Shown one piece after another: positions 51,458-60,809 of a stretch of DNA of 64,000 bases (position 1 is the first letter of the stretch; every line of letters starts with the position of its first letter). Made by a program: the position numbers and the translations under genes. This DNA is from Candidatus Bathyarchaeota archaeon (GTDB taxonomy: Archaea > Thermoproteota > Bathyarchaeia > Bathyarchaeales > Bathycorpusculaceae): the NCBI GenBank assembly GCA_963828195.1, contig CAWHDT010000005.1:512001-576000 (forward strand), written 5' to 3'. The notes beneath the pieces were generated by a model, which searched no databases, was not told the DNA's origin, and saw only the letters and a list, made by a program, of their open reading frames with translations.

Positions 51458-51880
51458 TTAGAATGTACTTGAAGCCACAGTCTGTGCTTCACCGCTAACA
51501 TCGTTTGCAATGGTGCCTTTCTGGCCGTTTTTGACGCTGTAAGCTGTTAAGACAACGTTGCTCAAAGTGATTTTAGGCGTCCCCGACCCTGTAGTTGTGC
51601 CCTGTGGACCCCAAATAACTGTTACTAATGAGCCGTTTAGAACATCTGTAAGTAATGCTGCGTAGTTTGCTGGAACATATAGCGCTGAAGCTTTGAACGT
51701 GTAGGATTGGTTGCCGCTTGCCGTGAAAGCTGGCGACGGAGACCCGCCTGAAGCACAAACGTATTCCTTAATCATTTCTGCTTTGACATCCATAGTGAAG
51801 TCAGTGAGAAAGCCGATTGCTGAGCCGCCGACTTGGACAACTGCATTTCGACTTAGAACTGGCGTAGTTGCTAAACTCAT
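51458..51880 (-). CDS. Tail tube (major tail) protein
   Basis: 140-aa beta-rich protein upstream of the TAC. Confidence 0.75.
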   Translation of the reverse strand: MSLATTPVLSRNAVVQVGGSAIGFLTDFTMDVKAEMIKEYVCASGGSPSPAFTASGNQSYTFKASALYVPANYAALLTDVLNGSLVTVIWGPQGTTTGSGTPKITLSNVVLTAYSVKNGQKGTIANDVSGEAQTVASSTF

Positions 51881-51975
51881 ACTTTTTCACCTCGATTACA
51901 ATAATTACTCTAAAGTTCTTTCAACGATTATTTTTTAAGCAAGGTCAAAACAAAATAGAATTGTTGAATGCGCCT

Positions 51976-52272
51976 ATGTCCAGACAACTTAAGTTAATGC
52001 TTTTGATTAATCTCTTGCTGAGTTTACTTTATGTTGCTCTAAGCTTTGGGGTTTGGAGCACTATCAATCAATGGAGCAACAATAACGTAGCAAGTTATTG
52101 GTCTCCTACTATAATAACGACCCATCTTATTCCCAACGTGCCTATTGTGCCCGCTGTTTATATCAACACATTGAATACACCCTTTCTGTTCTTTTGGGTT
52201 GTTCTTGCAGTAAATCTCTACTTTATCTTTAGGCTTCAAAGAAGCAACGAAACAAAACAGATTCCTTCTTAG
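51976..52272 (+). CDS. Small 2-TM membrane protein (cargo)
   Basis: MSRQLKLMLLINLLL...FFWVVLAVNLYFIF; opposite strand to viral genes. Confidence 0.55.
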   Translation: MSRQLKLMLLINLLLSLLYVALSFGVWSTINQWSNNNVASYWSPTIITTHLIPNVPIVPAVYINTLNTPFLFFWVVLAVNLYFIFRLQRSNETKQIPS

Positions 52273-52306
52273 ATTTCCCCATTAAATTTTCAGCTATTTT
52301 CTTTTT

Positions 52307-52669
52307 TTAACCCAGTAACAAATCTTTGATTTGCTGCTCAATCTCCAGTGCGAACTCAGGCAGATGCTGATTAACCGAGTTAGTCAGGAAAAGTCTTGCA
52401 GACATTTTCCTTGTGCCAAATTCCACGTAAAATGCATATGGCGCCGTCGCTTTCACTTTAAGTTGAAAATTGCTGGGCTGCTCAATCGCTAAGGTACTTT
52501 TTAAATAGCCTGTTCTGACTGGAACTAACGTGTTTGCAGTCGCCAAAATATTCTGCGCAACATTCATCATTGCCTGCTTCACAGCCTCCGGGTACTGCTC
52601 ACAAAGACACTCAAAGCAATGGCTCAGCAACTCAAAATTTGACAAGTTAACTGAAATTTGAACGCTCAA
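52307..52669 (-). CDS. HK97 gp10-like tail completion protein
   Basis: VPVRTGYLKS...YAFYVEFGTRKM..RLFL. Confidence 0.88.
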   Translation of the reverse strand: MSVQISVNLSNFELLSHCFECLCEQYPEAVKQAMMNVAQNILATANTLVPVRTGYLKSTLAIEQPSNFQLKVKATAPYAFYVEFGTRKMSARLFLTNSVNQHLPEFALEIEQQIKDLLLG

Positions 52670-52776
52670 TTAAACACCCTCAAAACGAATAATGTAAACT
52701 AAATGAACATGACACTTTTTTTGTACATCACAAACAGTGTGCTCTTTTTTGCTTGGCTCAGGACAGAAAGTTGAAC

Positions 52777-53625
52777 TTAAGAGTTGAAAAGGTAGGGAAG
52801 ATTTTCTCCTGTTGAAGCATCAATCAAACTGGACCCAAAATTCGCGAGGAAAAACCCTGTCGTGTTTTCTATGGTTGTTATTTCCCAAGCGTACCTGTAA
52901 ATTACACCGGTGCCGTAAACGTCGGAGTAATTGGCAGGCGGGTTTGTTAGGGGACTCAGCGAAAGTTGTATTGGGCCATTGATGCCCTCTTGTTCCATGT
53001 AGTACACAAGATAGACATTCACAACCGTTCCTTGGAGTGATGTTTTGGTCCAGCCTGCGGCTTTTAACGCGATTATTAAAGCCTGGTACATCGAGATCGG
53101 AGGCGAAAACGAAGAGTTAACGTTTGAGGTAGGGATTACTCCGAATTCATTATAGTATGCGGCTGCGTCTTTTCCGTTTAATTGATTAAATTCTTTCTGA
53201 AGAGCAGTTGTTTGATTGTACTGGTATAATGCAATTGCCGAGCTTGCGATTAAGAGAGCCACAAGCAGCAAGGAAACTGATTTCAAAACCATTTTGCTGT
53301 TGAAACGGCGGGTATGAATTTTTTCAGGATGTTTTGTTCTGAACTCAGATGCGTTCTCTACTGTTTGTACTGTTAATAGGGCGTCTTTTCCTTGATCAGA
53401 GAGGCAATATTTTCCGTACTCGTCAGTTTTTATCAAGCCATTTAATTTGGTTAAGTGATGTTGAAGATGTCCGCTGCTGTCAATTGCAGTCTTCTTCTTT
53501 AAGTCTGCAAAGCCGAGAGGGCCTTCACTTAGAGCCTTTAAGATAACAATGCGCGTAGGGTGACCTAAGGCATCAAAAACTTCTGCGCGTTGCCTATCAT
53601 TCTCCACTTGCCCTTCGTCTTCCAC
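52777..53625 (-). CDS. ArsR-type wHTH + TM + extracellular domain (one-component sensor, cargo)
   Basis: FDALGHPTRIVILKAL...LQHHLTKL; central TM. Confidence 0.8.
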   Translation of the reverse strand: MEDEGQVENDRQRAEVFDALGHPTRIVILKALSEGPLGFADLKKKTAIDSSGHLQHHLTKLNGLIKTDEYGKYCLSDQGKDALLTVQTVENASEFRTKHPEKIHTRRFNSKMVLKSVSLLLVALLIASSAIALYQYNQTTALQKEFNQLNGKDAAAYYNEFGVIPTSNVNSSFSPPISMYQALIIALKAAGWTKTSLQGTVVNVYLVYYMEQEGINGPIQLSLSPLTNPPANYSDVYGTGVIYRYAWEITTIENTTGFFLANFGSSLIDASTGENLPYLFNS

Positions 53626-53708
53626 TTTCCTTCAACCTGAAGGTGTCATATCCATTAAACTATTTAATGCCTCGTTTGTAGACACACCGGATAAGACAAT
53701 TAAATTTA

Positions 53709-53726
53709 AGTCCAGTTTTCTGGACT
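53709..53726. promoter_or_regulatory. Inverted repeat upstream of the ArsR-like gene
   Basis: AGTCCAG-TTTT-CTGGACT perfect 7-bp inverted repeat. Confidence 0.4.
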
Positions 53727-53754
53727 AACAGACTCTGGCAATGCTTCCAGAATT

Positions 53755-53874
53755 CTATGCTATTTTTGTTACCCTGTGCTCTACCAGAACCTGAGCGCCG
53801 TTCTTGTAAGTTATAACCCATGAGCTAAATTTTGTCTTAAATTTCTGGTTTGCCGCCCTTTTTTGTTCTGCCAT
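53755..53874 (-). CDS. Small basic hypothetical protein (39 aa)
   Basis: GGTGGAG RBS then MAEQKRAANQKFKTKFSSWVITYKNGAQVLVEHRVTKIA. Confidence 0.45.
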   Translation of the reverse strand: MAEQKRAANQKFKTKFSSWVITYKNGAQVLVEHRVTKIA

Positions 53875-53980
53875 TTGCTCCACCTGCCTGTTTCATCAAA
53901 ATTGCCTCTTTTGAAAGGCCAATCCGCCATCCAAACCCATAAATGAAAGAAGATTCTGAATAGACCTCAGTGATGAGCCT

Positions 53981-54280
53981 TTGGTTAATTGCCCAAAGTG
54001 TGGTACACACCTAAACGCTAGAAGTCAACTGTTATACCCCCAAGAAATAACTTGTCCAAACTACTCGTCAAGACTTCAAATTACGCTCAGCACAAGAATT
54101 ATTGGTGCCATTCCCGGTCCTCTCCTTATCGCTCTGATCATCTTGCTTTCTCAAGCTTATTGGACAAGCTTTAGCATCGTTGACTTTCTGGCTACGTTAT
54201 GGGTGTTTATCGGAGTCTGGATCATTATTTATCTAACAGTTTTCTACTCTAAATTATTCAAATTCAAGATTGCAAAGTGA
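53981..54280 (+). CDS. Zn-ribbon membrane protein (cargo)
   Basis: CPKCG...CPNY and two TMs. Confidence 0.6.
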   Translation: MVNCPKCGTHLNARSQLLYPQEITCPNYSSRLQITLSTRIIGAIPGPLLIALIILLSQAYWTSFSIVDFLATLWVFIGVWIIIYLTVFYSKLFKFKIAK

Positions 54281-54358
54281 AGGGCAAAAAAATCTTCCAA
54301 TTTTAACTAATTGTTCCGTGTCCTTTTCGCATAAAGGTTTTATCAAAGTGTAATTCAC

Positions 54359-54796
54359 TCAAGTTGAAATATGGAAGTAAACGGCGTCAATGTTGATCAT
54401 AACGCGGGTTGCTTCAGTTGCGTTACTGTGAATCGGCTCTCCGGTTACGGCATAGTTTGGGTCTTGCAAGTGTATGATGCGGGTAACTTCAGCCTGCAAT
54501 GCCTCCAAAGTGGATTCTGCAGTCGCTAAATCAGTTGTGCTTTGGCTAGCGTTAACAACAATTATGTCAAGAACAAGTTTTTCAGTGACCAGGTAACATT
54601 CATGGCTAAGCGCATCCACCTGCTTCGCGGAACTTGCATTATACACAGCTACTTGCAAAGTGCCTTTTCCCATCGTAACCCCAAGTGCATCCATGCGAGT
54701 GGTAGGCCACAAAATATTGGCAACCGCCTGTGGACTTGTAAGACTCCAATTATCCTGCAGCAACTCTGAAACCGCCATGGCTTGATTAATCGACAT
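54359..54796 (-). CDS. Putative tail terminator
   Basis: Size and position in the head-tail joining block. Confidence 0.5.
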   Translation of the reverse strand: MSINQAMAVSELLQDNWSLTSPQAVANILWPTTRMDALGVTMGKGTLQVAVYNASSAKQVDALSHECYLVTEKLVLDIIVVNASQSTTDLATAESTLEALQAEVTRIIHLQDPNYAVTGEPIHSNATEATRVMINIDAVYFHIST

Positions 54797-54799
54797 TCT

Positions 54800-54994
54800 C
54801 TATGCACCCGTTTCACATTCGCTACCGATCACTTCAAGATCGTAACCTTCACGCTTAAGCCGCTCAAACTCAGCACTTGACAATACGGTGTTGACACCGT
54901 TGACCTTGGCAACTATGTGGGTTTTTCGGATTTTGAAGGCGCCAACTATGGCGTTTTCAGTGATCACTACGCCGGGCTGATTTGACTCGCTCAT
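54800..54994 (-). CDS. Hypothetical viral protein
   Basis: Translationally coupled ORF. Confidence 0.55.
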   Translation of the reverse strand: MSESNQPGVVITENAIVGAFKIRKTHIVAKVNGVNTVLSSAEFERLKREGYDLEVIGSECETGA

Positions 54995-55785
54995 GGATTT
55001 ATGAGGCCTCCACGGTACCTAGGCACTTCTTGGCCTAATCGCGCCTCCGCAGCAACAGCAACAGTTGAAAGATTCATCACGTTTCGGGTGAAACTAGCCT
55101 GGAAACTCTGCACTGCACTCTGCAGGGCGAATTTTCCAACCGTGCCTTTAGTTACGAATAAGTCGCCGAGTTTGTAATCTGTTGCGCCCAAAAGCATGCC
55201 GCCGCTTGCAGCCACCAAAACGCCCATGCATGCAAGGTCAAGGGCAGCTAGCTGCGCAAACGGGTACCGAGGATCCATCGACGTTAGGGATGGGACAAGG
55301 CTACTGAGGTACAGGTTTGCGTGGTTAACCTGAGCTTGAATGCCTTGCTGGGAGACGGGTAACCAATAAACGGTATAGTTTCCGGAGCTGTCAGGTCCCT
55401 GAACGTTTAGATGCGACATAACCTCGCTGAAGCTCGTGTAAGCTGGAGCCGCCGAGGATGTTGATGGCTGCAGAGGGAAAATCACGTAGAAAACGCCGAC
55501 AGTTGGAAAAGTCTGCGTCGCGCCGCCGAGCAAAGTAACTATGAAGACTCCCGTGCAGACGCCAAACTGGTTAGTGTCGCCTGACTGCCAAGCATACTGG
55601 ACGGTGCCAGCCGACGCATTAACCACATTCGCGGATTTGGCGAATAAGACATGCCCATTTTGGCTAAGCTGAAAACTGACTGTACAGCCTGTTAAGTTAA
55701 ATGCTGAGCCGTCGCTATTTTGCAACGTTGCATTAACGCAAGGCAAAAGGTCGCCTGTGTTTATTTCTAAGCTTGGAATACTCAT
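54991..55785 (-). CDS. BppU-N-like domain fused to putative head-tail adaptor
   Basis: GDLLP...NLTGCTVSF...GTVQYAWQSGDT...TFPT, then YTSFSEV adaptor-like start. Confidence 0.65.
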   Translation of the reverse strand: MSIPSLEINTGDLLPCVNATLQNSDGSAFNLTGCTVSFQLSQNGHVLFAKSANVVNASAGTVQYAWQSGDTNQFGVCTGVFIVTLLGGATQTFPTVGVFYVIFPLQPSTSSAAPAYTSFSEVMSHLNVQGPDSSGNYTVYWLPVSQQGIQAQVNHANLYLSSLVPSLTSMDPRYPFAQLAALDLACMGVLVAASGGMLLGATDYKLGDLFVTKGTVGKFALQSAVQSFQASFTRNVMNLSTVAVAAEARLGQEVPRYRGGLINP

Positions 55786-55796
55786 TTTAAATCACC

Positions 55797-58091
55797 TTAA
55801 TCTGAATCAGACTCAAGCATTACCGTGCCCTTACTGCCTTGAAGCGTAACGGTGCCGCTTCCAGCCTGAATCACAACAGAATGGGTTGCAACCCGCGCAG
55901 AAAACACAACTGCGACGTCAATGCCCGAACTCTCGTCAGAGACGGAGATAGGAATAGAAACCACAAGTTCATTTACGCCCGAGCCCACGTCACTTATCAA
56001 AGTGCTAATGCTAACGAAAAGCAAGTCTAAACCAGATCCCGCATCAGCCAAGAAAACCTGAGCTAAAACGCTTAAACCATCAGAACTGCGCCCTAAATCA
56101 CCAAGATTCACGGGAGCCCCGATCAATACAGAGTCAACGCCAAGCCCCACATCGCCCAGCGGAACCTGCGAGTTTAAACCTGCCACGGCGTCAGAGCCTT
56201 GTCCTGAATCAGTAAGAGGTATTTGAGCCTGCAAATTCGCTGCTGAATCTACTCCAGAGCCTACATCAGAGACGGGTATCGAAGTTTGAATCTCAAGATT
56301 ATCCGTTCCTGAACTCGCATCTGAAAGCTGTGGATTTGCTCCGGCATTAATCGATGCGGAATCTACACCTTGCGCTATATCTGAAATTGGAACCGTTGCC
56401 TGTAATGAAGCTAAAGCATCTCCGCCTGATCCTGCATCAAACAGAGGCAAAGAAGCTGCTACGCTGACTCCTACAGGCCCGATGTAGCCATTTGAAACTA
56501 TGCAGTCGCCGTAGTCAAGTGTAAATGCTGCAGGTATGTTGGTGTACGGTATGCCGAATTCGCATTGACCAATAATTCCATATTGGGTTGTGTTGACGCC
56601 CCAATCGCTAAGGATTAGAGAGCCGTTAAGCCACACTTCTGCGCCGCCCGTCGTCGATATGAGGGTGTACAGTTCGATGCAGTACCACTGGCCTATAGTG
56701 GGCGTGAACGCGTAGTCGATGTAGTCCCATGAAGAACCGTTTGCGCATTGAAGAAAAATACACGGTGCGCCGAGGTTCCAGCCTAGCGCAACCGATGTTA
56801 TAGTCACAAAAGTTGATCCGTTGATATGCTCGAGAAAATCCAAGCTTTGACCTGCCCCAGCTGGAATGCAATTGAGGCTGTTAAAGCGGATATAGATGCG
56901 CGAATGAGCAGCGGTATAAGCGACACCGCTTAACCTTGTCTCGGCGACCGTGTCAGAGCCGCCGACAGTTCCAACTTCACATCCGTAAGCGCCTGAATGC
57001 GCCGCTGAAGCCAAAACCTGCAATGTACCGCCGTCAAGCTGCTGGGTTCCGCTCCATTTACTCGTATCTCCACTCGCAAAGTTATCAGCAAAAAGCGTAA
57101 ACGGACACGCAGGATCACCGTCAGAACCGTATCCGTTATCTAAAACCGTTTCTGCAATCCCAGTTAACGATTGAACAACATCCGACCCCAGTCCAGAATC
57201 ATTCACAGTCATTGCGCTACCGCTTGCAACCGATACCGAGTCTGAACCTGACCCAGCATCTGACGCAGAGAAAGTTATGACGCGAACACCGTTTGGAGCA
57301 TCAGCCGCTATGGCATCATCAAAATACGCCGTGTAGCCAGCGCCTACTTGAAGCCCAATAATTTGTGCATTAGCAGTCAAAGTTAATCCTGTAGTAGTGA
57401 TTACCTGAGTGCCGTTAAACCAAAAAGCCGCCGTTCCGCCTGTTCCTGACGCTTCGTTGTAGCTGATTTCGCAGCAATACCAAATGCCAGTGCTTAAGGA
57501 TACATTGTAAGTGTTACCGTTTAAACTAAAATACAGACCTGCAGCTGTTGAGTAATTGACTTGCAGGTAGACTTCGTAGCTCCAAGAATCATCGTAAATA
57601 AACATTATAGTCTCAAAAGCACCGTTTGTGCTGGGCAAATTTGCAAAGTTCACGTATGCTCGCCAGTAAAGCGTGGCGTGTGAGGCCGCCAAGGTTTTGT
57701 AGATGTAGGCGTTGCCGCTTGACGGGTTGATTTTGGCTGAGTAAGAATCCTGCGTGTTTACAGGTGAACTTACGACTGAGCAGGTTCCACTTGTTGACCA
57801 ACCGCCGCCAGTAAAGTTTCCTGATGCGAAAGTGTCGCTGAAAAGCACCGTGAAAAACTGCGTAAGGTAATTGCGTTCAAAGGCGCTTATGCGCGGGAAA
57901 ATATGTTCATGAACATACAATTCAAGTCTCGCTTTATCTTGCAAACCCGAAAACGGAACTTTAAGCGTCAGCGGATATTTTTCTCCACAATGTGGACATT
58001 CATGGCTATTCTGCTTGACTTCTCGCCGGCATTTTGGGCAGATATGCGTCCACATTGGCAAGTAACGCCTAAGCCAAACTGGAATATGCAT
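55797..58091 (-). CDS. Virion fibre/adhesin: double Zn-ribbon, two LamG-like domains, DxGxGxD repeats
   Basis: CPKC/CPHC; two copies of G.WY(C)C.E...W.NG; many (V/L/I)xDxGxGxD units. Confidence 0.7.
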   Translation of the reverse strand: MHIPVWLRRYLPMWTHICPKCRREVKQNSHECPHCGEKYPLTLKVPFSGLQDKARLELYVHEHIFPRISAFERNYLTQFFTVLFSDTFASGNFTGGGWSTSGTCSVVSSPVNTQDSYSAKINPSSGNAYIYKTLAASHATLYWRAYVNFANLPSTNGAFETIMFIYDDSWSYEVYLQVNYSTAAGLYFSLNGNTYNVSLSTGIWYCCEISYNEASGTGGTAAFWFNGTQVITTTGLTLTANAQIIGLQVGAGYTAYFDDAIAADAPNGVRVITFSASDAGSGSDSVSVASGSAMTVNDSGLGSDVVQSLTGIAETVLDNGYGSDGDPACPFTLFADNFASGDTSKWSGTQQLDGGTLQVLASAAHSGAYGCEVGTVGGSDTVAETRLSGVAYTAAHSRIYIRFNSLNCIPAGAGQSLDFLEHINGSTFVTITSVALGWNLGAPCIFLQCANGSSWDYIDYAFTPTIGQWYCIELYTLISTTGGAEVWLNGSLILSDWGVNTTQYGIIGQCEFGIPYTNIPAAFTLDYGDCIVSNGYIGPVGVSVAASLPLFDAGSGGDALASLQATVPISDIAQGVDSASINAGANPQLSDASSGTDNLEIQTSIPVSDVGSGVDSAANLQAQIPLTDSGQGSDAVAGLNSQVPLGDVGLGVDSVLIGAPVNLGDLGRSSDGLSVLAQVFLADAGSGLDLLFVSISTLISDVGSGVNELVVSIPISVSDESSGIDVAVVFSARVATHSVVIQAGSGTVTLQGSKGTVMLESDSD

Positions 58092-58162
58092 AGCGGGTAC
58101 CTCAAAGCATAATTTATTTTTACTTTAAAAAAGGGAAAATGAGGGAAGTTAACATTCAGTCT

Positions 58163-58786
58163 TTACGACCAAGTAATGCTTAAAGTTAATGCCCACGTCT
58201 GGCCGCTTGTTTTTGTTCCCTGGAACGACACCAGTCTGTTTAAGCATACTCCGCTGCCTTTCGTGCTTGCATTTGAAACAACGAATTCGTTCCACGCATA
58301 ATTTGCACTTGATGATCCGAAACTCGCTTGCCAAGAAAGTGTTTGCCCTGATAGCGATGGGTAGCTTGATTGCATGCCAACGTAGGTGTAGTTTGTTGAT
58401 GCCTGAAGGTCTGTCTGTGTTGCTGCTGCCGCTGTTGAGGAATCCCCAACCCCGAGGTATGCATTTGCGTTGTTCCAGGCGGCAGGCGGCGACGATAAGC
58501 CAGCAATCAATTTCTCGAAGCCCTGTATTCCGGTATTGAGGCATATGTTGCCCTTAGCATTTGGGTGCCCAGTGAACCGGGCGATGCCTAAAAGCCTGTG
58601 CGGAAACAAGTTTGCTATATGCTCCTGCTTGAATCCCCCTTTAAGCATTCTTTCGACCAAGCCGTCTTCATCCCAAAACTTGAAAATTGTCCATCGGGTC
58701 CTATGCGTGCATCTGTCACGTACCTGCGCCACGTTTTTGGCAGTCACGTAGTCGTTGCTTCGCGCTTTATCGTTTGCTTTAAGCAT
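58163..58786 (-). CDS. Viral structural protein (fibre-associated)
   Basis: YLGVGDSSTAAAATQTDL...ANYAWNEF...GTKTSGQTW pattern. Confidence 0.65.
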   Translation of the reverse strand: MLKANDKARSNDYVTAKNVAQVRDRCTHRTRWTIFKFWDEDGLVERMLKGGFKQEHIANLFPHRLLGIARFTGHPNAKGNICLNTGIQGFEKLIAGLSSPPAAWNNANAYLGVGDSSTAAAATQTDLQASTNYTYVGMQSSYPSLSGQTLSWQASFGSSSANYAWNEFVVSNASTKGSGVCLNRLVSFQGTKTSGQTWALTLSITWS

Positions 58787-58940
58787 GAATAACCGCTCCG
58801 TCTAATATCGCCTGGAGGCTCAACAATTGTTGCTTAGACAAAACCATGTCTATGTCTGCACTTGTATGTTTAAGCCGCAGTTTGCCATCAGATTCCTTTG
58901 ACAGTTGCCAATCTTTGTTTTCCACTATTATTTGACTCAT
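58779..58940 (-). CDS. Small hypothetical protein (53 aa)
   Basis: MSQIIVENKDWQLSKESDGKLRLKH...; AGGAG RBS; overlaps next start. Confidence 0.55.
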   Translation of the reverse strand: MSQIIVENKDWQLSKESDGKLRLKHTSADIDMVLSKQQLLSLQAILDGAVIHA

Positions 58941-59001
58941 TTTCTTTTTCTCCTAAATTCTAAATTAATTTAAAGCCTCAACTCAAAAAACGAGGAAAGA
59001 T

Positions 59002-59247
59002 TTAGTTTTTAGCGGCTGAATTTGAGCTTGCCGCTCCAGCTTTCACTTCTTGGGCGCCAGCAACAATATCCTGTGTACCCTACGTTGTATCGCCATTATA
59101 GTATTCTTCAGTGCCCTTAGCCATCATGCCTACGCCGCCAGCGATCATGCCCAGGCTAGTCGCTGTGCCGCCGTAAATAGCCGAAACCATGCCAGCAAGA
59201 GTAGTAACTGCGCCAAGAAAAGTCAAGATTTTATCACCATTCTGCAT
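59002..59247 (-). pseudogene. Small hydrophobic protein with in-frame TAG at 59080-59082
   Basis: ...YNGDTT*GTQDIVAGAQEVKAGAASSNSAAKN*; GAGGTGA RBS. Confidence 0.55.
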
Positions 59248-59376
59248 ACTTTCACCTCTCAAAACTTTTGTTTGCCCGTTTCTCCCAGCCAAGAAGCCAA
59301 AACAAGATAGCTTCTTCAACTGGACAAAAAAATAAAAATGGAAACTAAACGTAGAGACCCAAACGAAACAGCAAGT

Positions 59377-60309
59377 TTAGCTTGTAGCTAACCCCGTTAC
59401 TTTCACTATTGCTTCTCCATACGTCACACAAGGCGAATACCTTGTACTCAACGTTACATCAACGGAATCGAATTCTTTTTTGATCTCCAAATCAGACGTC
59501 AAAGGGCGTTTTAATTCGCGGCTGCCTCAACCAGCAACCTTAACGAAAAAGCCCAATGGCGAATAGGCGGCGCTTAGGTTTTGTCCTGTGCTGATTATGT
59601 ATGCGTTTCCAGCTGGAACAACCGTGCTTGCGTGAACCCCCATTCCGAAGATTTCGCCGAGCTTTCCGTTCTGGGTTGGCGTGTCTCCGCCTGCGCCGCC
59701 GTACTGTGCCCACAGACTGAACTGTGGCAGGTACATTACGTCGCGCATGTTCACTGGATTAAGCAGAATTGTGTCAGCGATTAAGCTGTAGCCTTCAATG
59801 GTGGCTTTAGCAGCCAAAATATCTTTGCTGCCGAGCGCGTTTGCAATTGTGAACTCGGTTCCTGTTGCGCCCATGCTTTTACCCGTTGATCCGAAGCTGT
59901 TTCCTGCTGCTGAATCAATAACTGTCATGCAGTCGCTGTCAATTGTGTAAGCCATTCGCCTTGCAAGTCGTCGCAGTTGGTCTTCAATCACTGGAATGTA
60001 TAGGTCTTCGATGTTTTCTCGGCTGATGCGTTCACGCAAACCCTTCTTGTACGGCGTCACAGTGATGGTGTTGTAGGGCGTGAAATCCATCATGATTTCG
60101 CTGCCCTCCGAAACCTCACTTATCGCTGCTGAGCGACTGCCATTTTGCTTAACGAAAGTAGCGATCTTGCCAGCAACCAGCGGGAACTCTGGAAACAGTT
60201 TTTTGACAACCAAAGCGGGCATTGTTAGCTCTACGATTTTTTTGTGCAGCGATGGGTACGCTATGGCTCCTGTGCTATCCCATGAAAGTGCATCTTTAAC
60301 GAAACTCAA
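59377..60309 (-). CDS. HK97-fold major capsid protein, join(59541..60309, 59377..59513), 301 aa after splicing
   Basis: VSEGSEI, PYKKG..ISRENIED, LLNP and GEIFGMGV; exon 2 IKRPLTSDLEIKKEFDSVDVTLSTRYSPCVTYGEAIVKVT supplies the usual C-terminal strands. Confidence 0.88.
59514..59540 (-). other. Putative 27-nt bulge-helix-bulge pre-mRNA intron
   Basis: GGGC UUUU UCGU [UAA] GGUUGC loop GCAGCC GCGA [AUU] AAAA C GCCC; contains in-frame UGA. Confidence 0.85.
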
Positions 60310-60321
60310 CTTAAATCACCT

Positions 60322-60798
60322 TTACGGAATACAAGAAAGCAAAGCGTAAATGACTTGGCCGGGCGCTGTGGAACTGGTTAATGCTCTGCCGATCCATATT
60401 TCTGCGTTGTCAAGTTGGGGTTGCATTGCGGCTTGCGTATACGCTGCGGGAGCTGTCATGACCACTACGCCTGCAACTTGTCCGTTTGCGTCGCTCGCTA
60501 TTCTTTGCCCCGCCGTGATGGCTCCTGAAGCAGTTACCAGCCCCGTTGTATTGTTGCCTGAAGCGGTTACCCTGACGAGCCCCCTGCAAATCACAGTTAC
60601 GTTTGAGCCGGCTGCGCCGCCTGTTAAAGCAACACCTATGACGCTTTTGCTTGGTCCAGCGGTTGGCTTGACGAGCGGGATGAATCCGGGGTTGCTGATG
60701 TAAACTACTTGTCCAGCAGCCACGGTTGCTCCCGTGTCAACTTGAGCAGTTATTAGGTAGCGGTCGCTAACTAGTGCAGTTGTTCCTTCTAAAGACAT
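60322..60798 (-). CDS. Capsid cement/decoration protein (DUF2190-like)
   Basis: VIGVALT...VTVICRG...AITAGQRIASDANG...IGRAL. Confidence 0.8.
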   Translation of the reverse strand: MSLEGTTALVSDRYLITAQVDTGATVAAGQVVYISNPGFIPLVKPTAGPSKSVIGVALTGGAAGSNVTVICRGLVRVTASGNNTTGLVTASGAITAGQRIASDANGQVAGVVVMTAPAAYTQAAMQPQLDNAEIWIGRALTSSTAPGQVIYALLSCIP

Positions 60799-60809
60799 TC
60801 AAAGTCACC

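Noticed and set aside
43759-58091. Diversity-generating retroelement acting on fibre genes
   Set aside because: No reverse transcriptase and no adenine-specific TR/VR pair seen.
59527-59529. Selenocysteine or simple read-through at the MCP TGA
   Set aside because: It would insert 9 residues into a core strand region. The exact BHB geometry and clean FVIKRP junction explain the stop better.
60520-60585. VTASG duplication in the cement protein as an in-frame intron
   Set aside because: It is a direct tandem duplication with no BHB fold.
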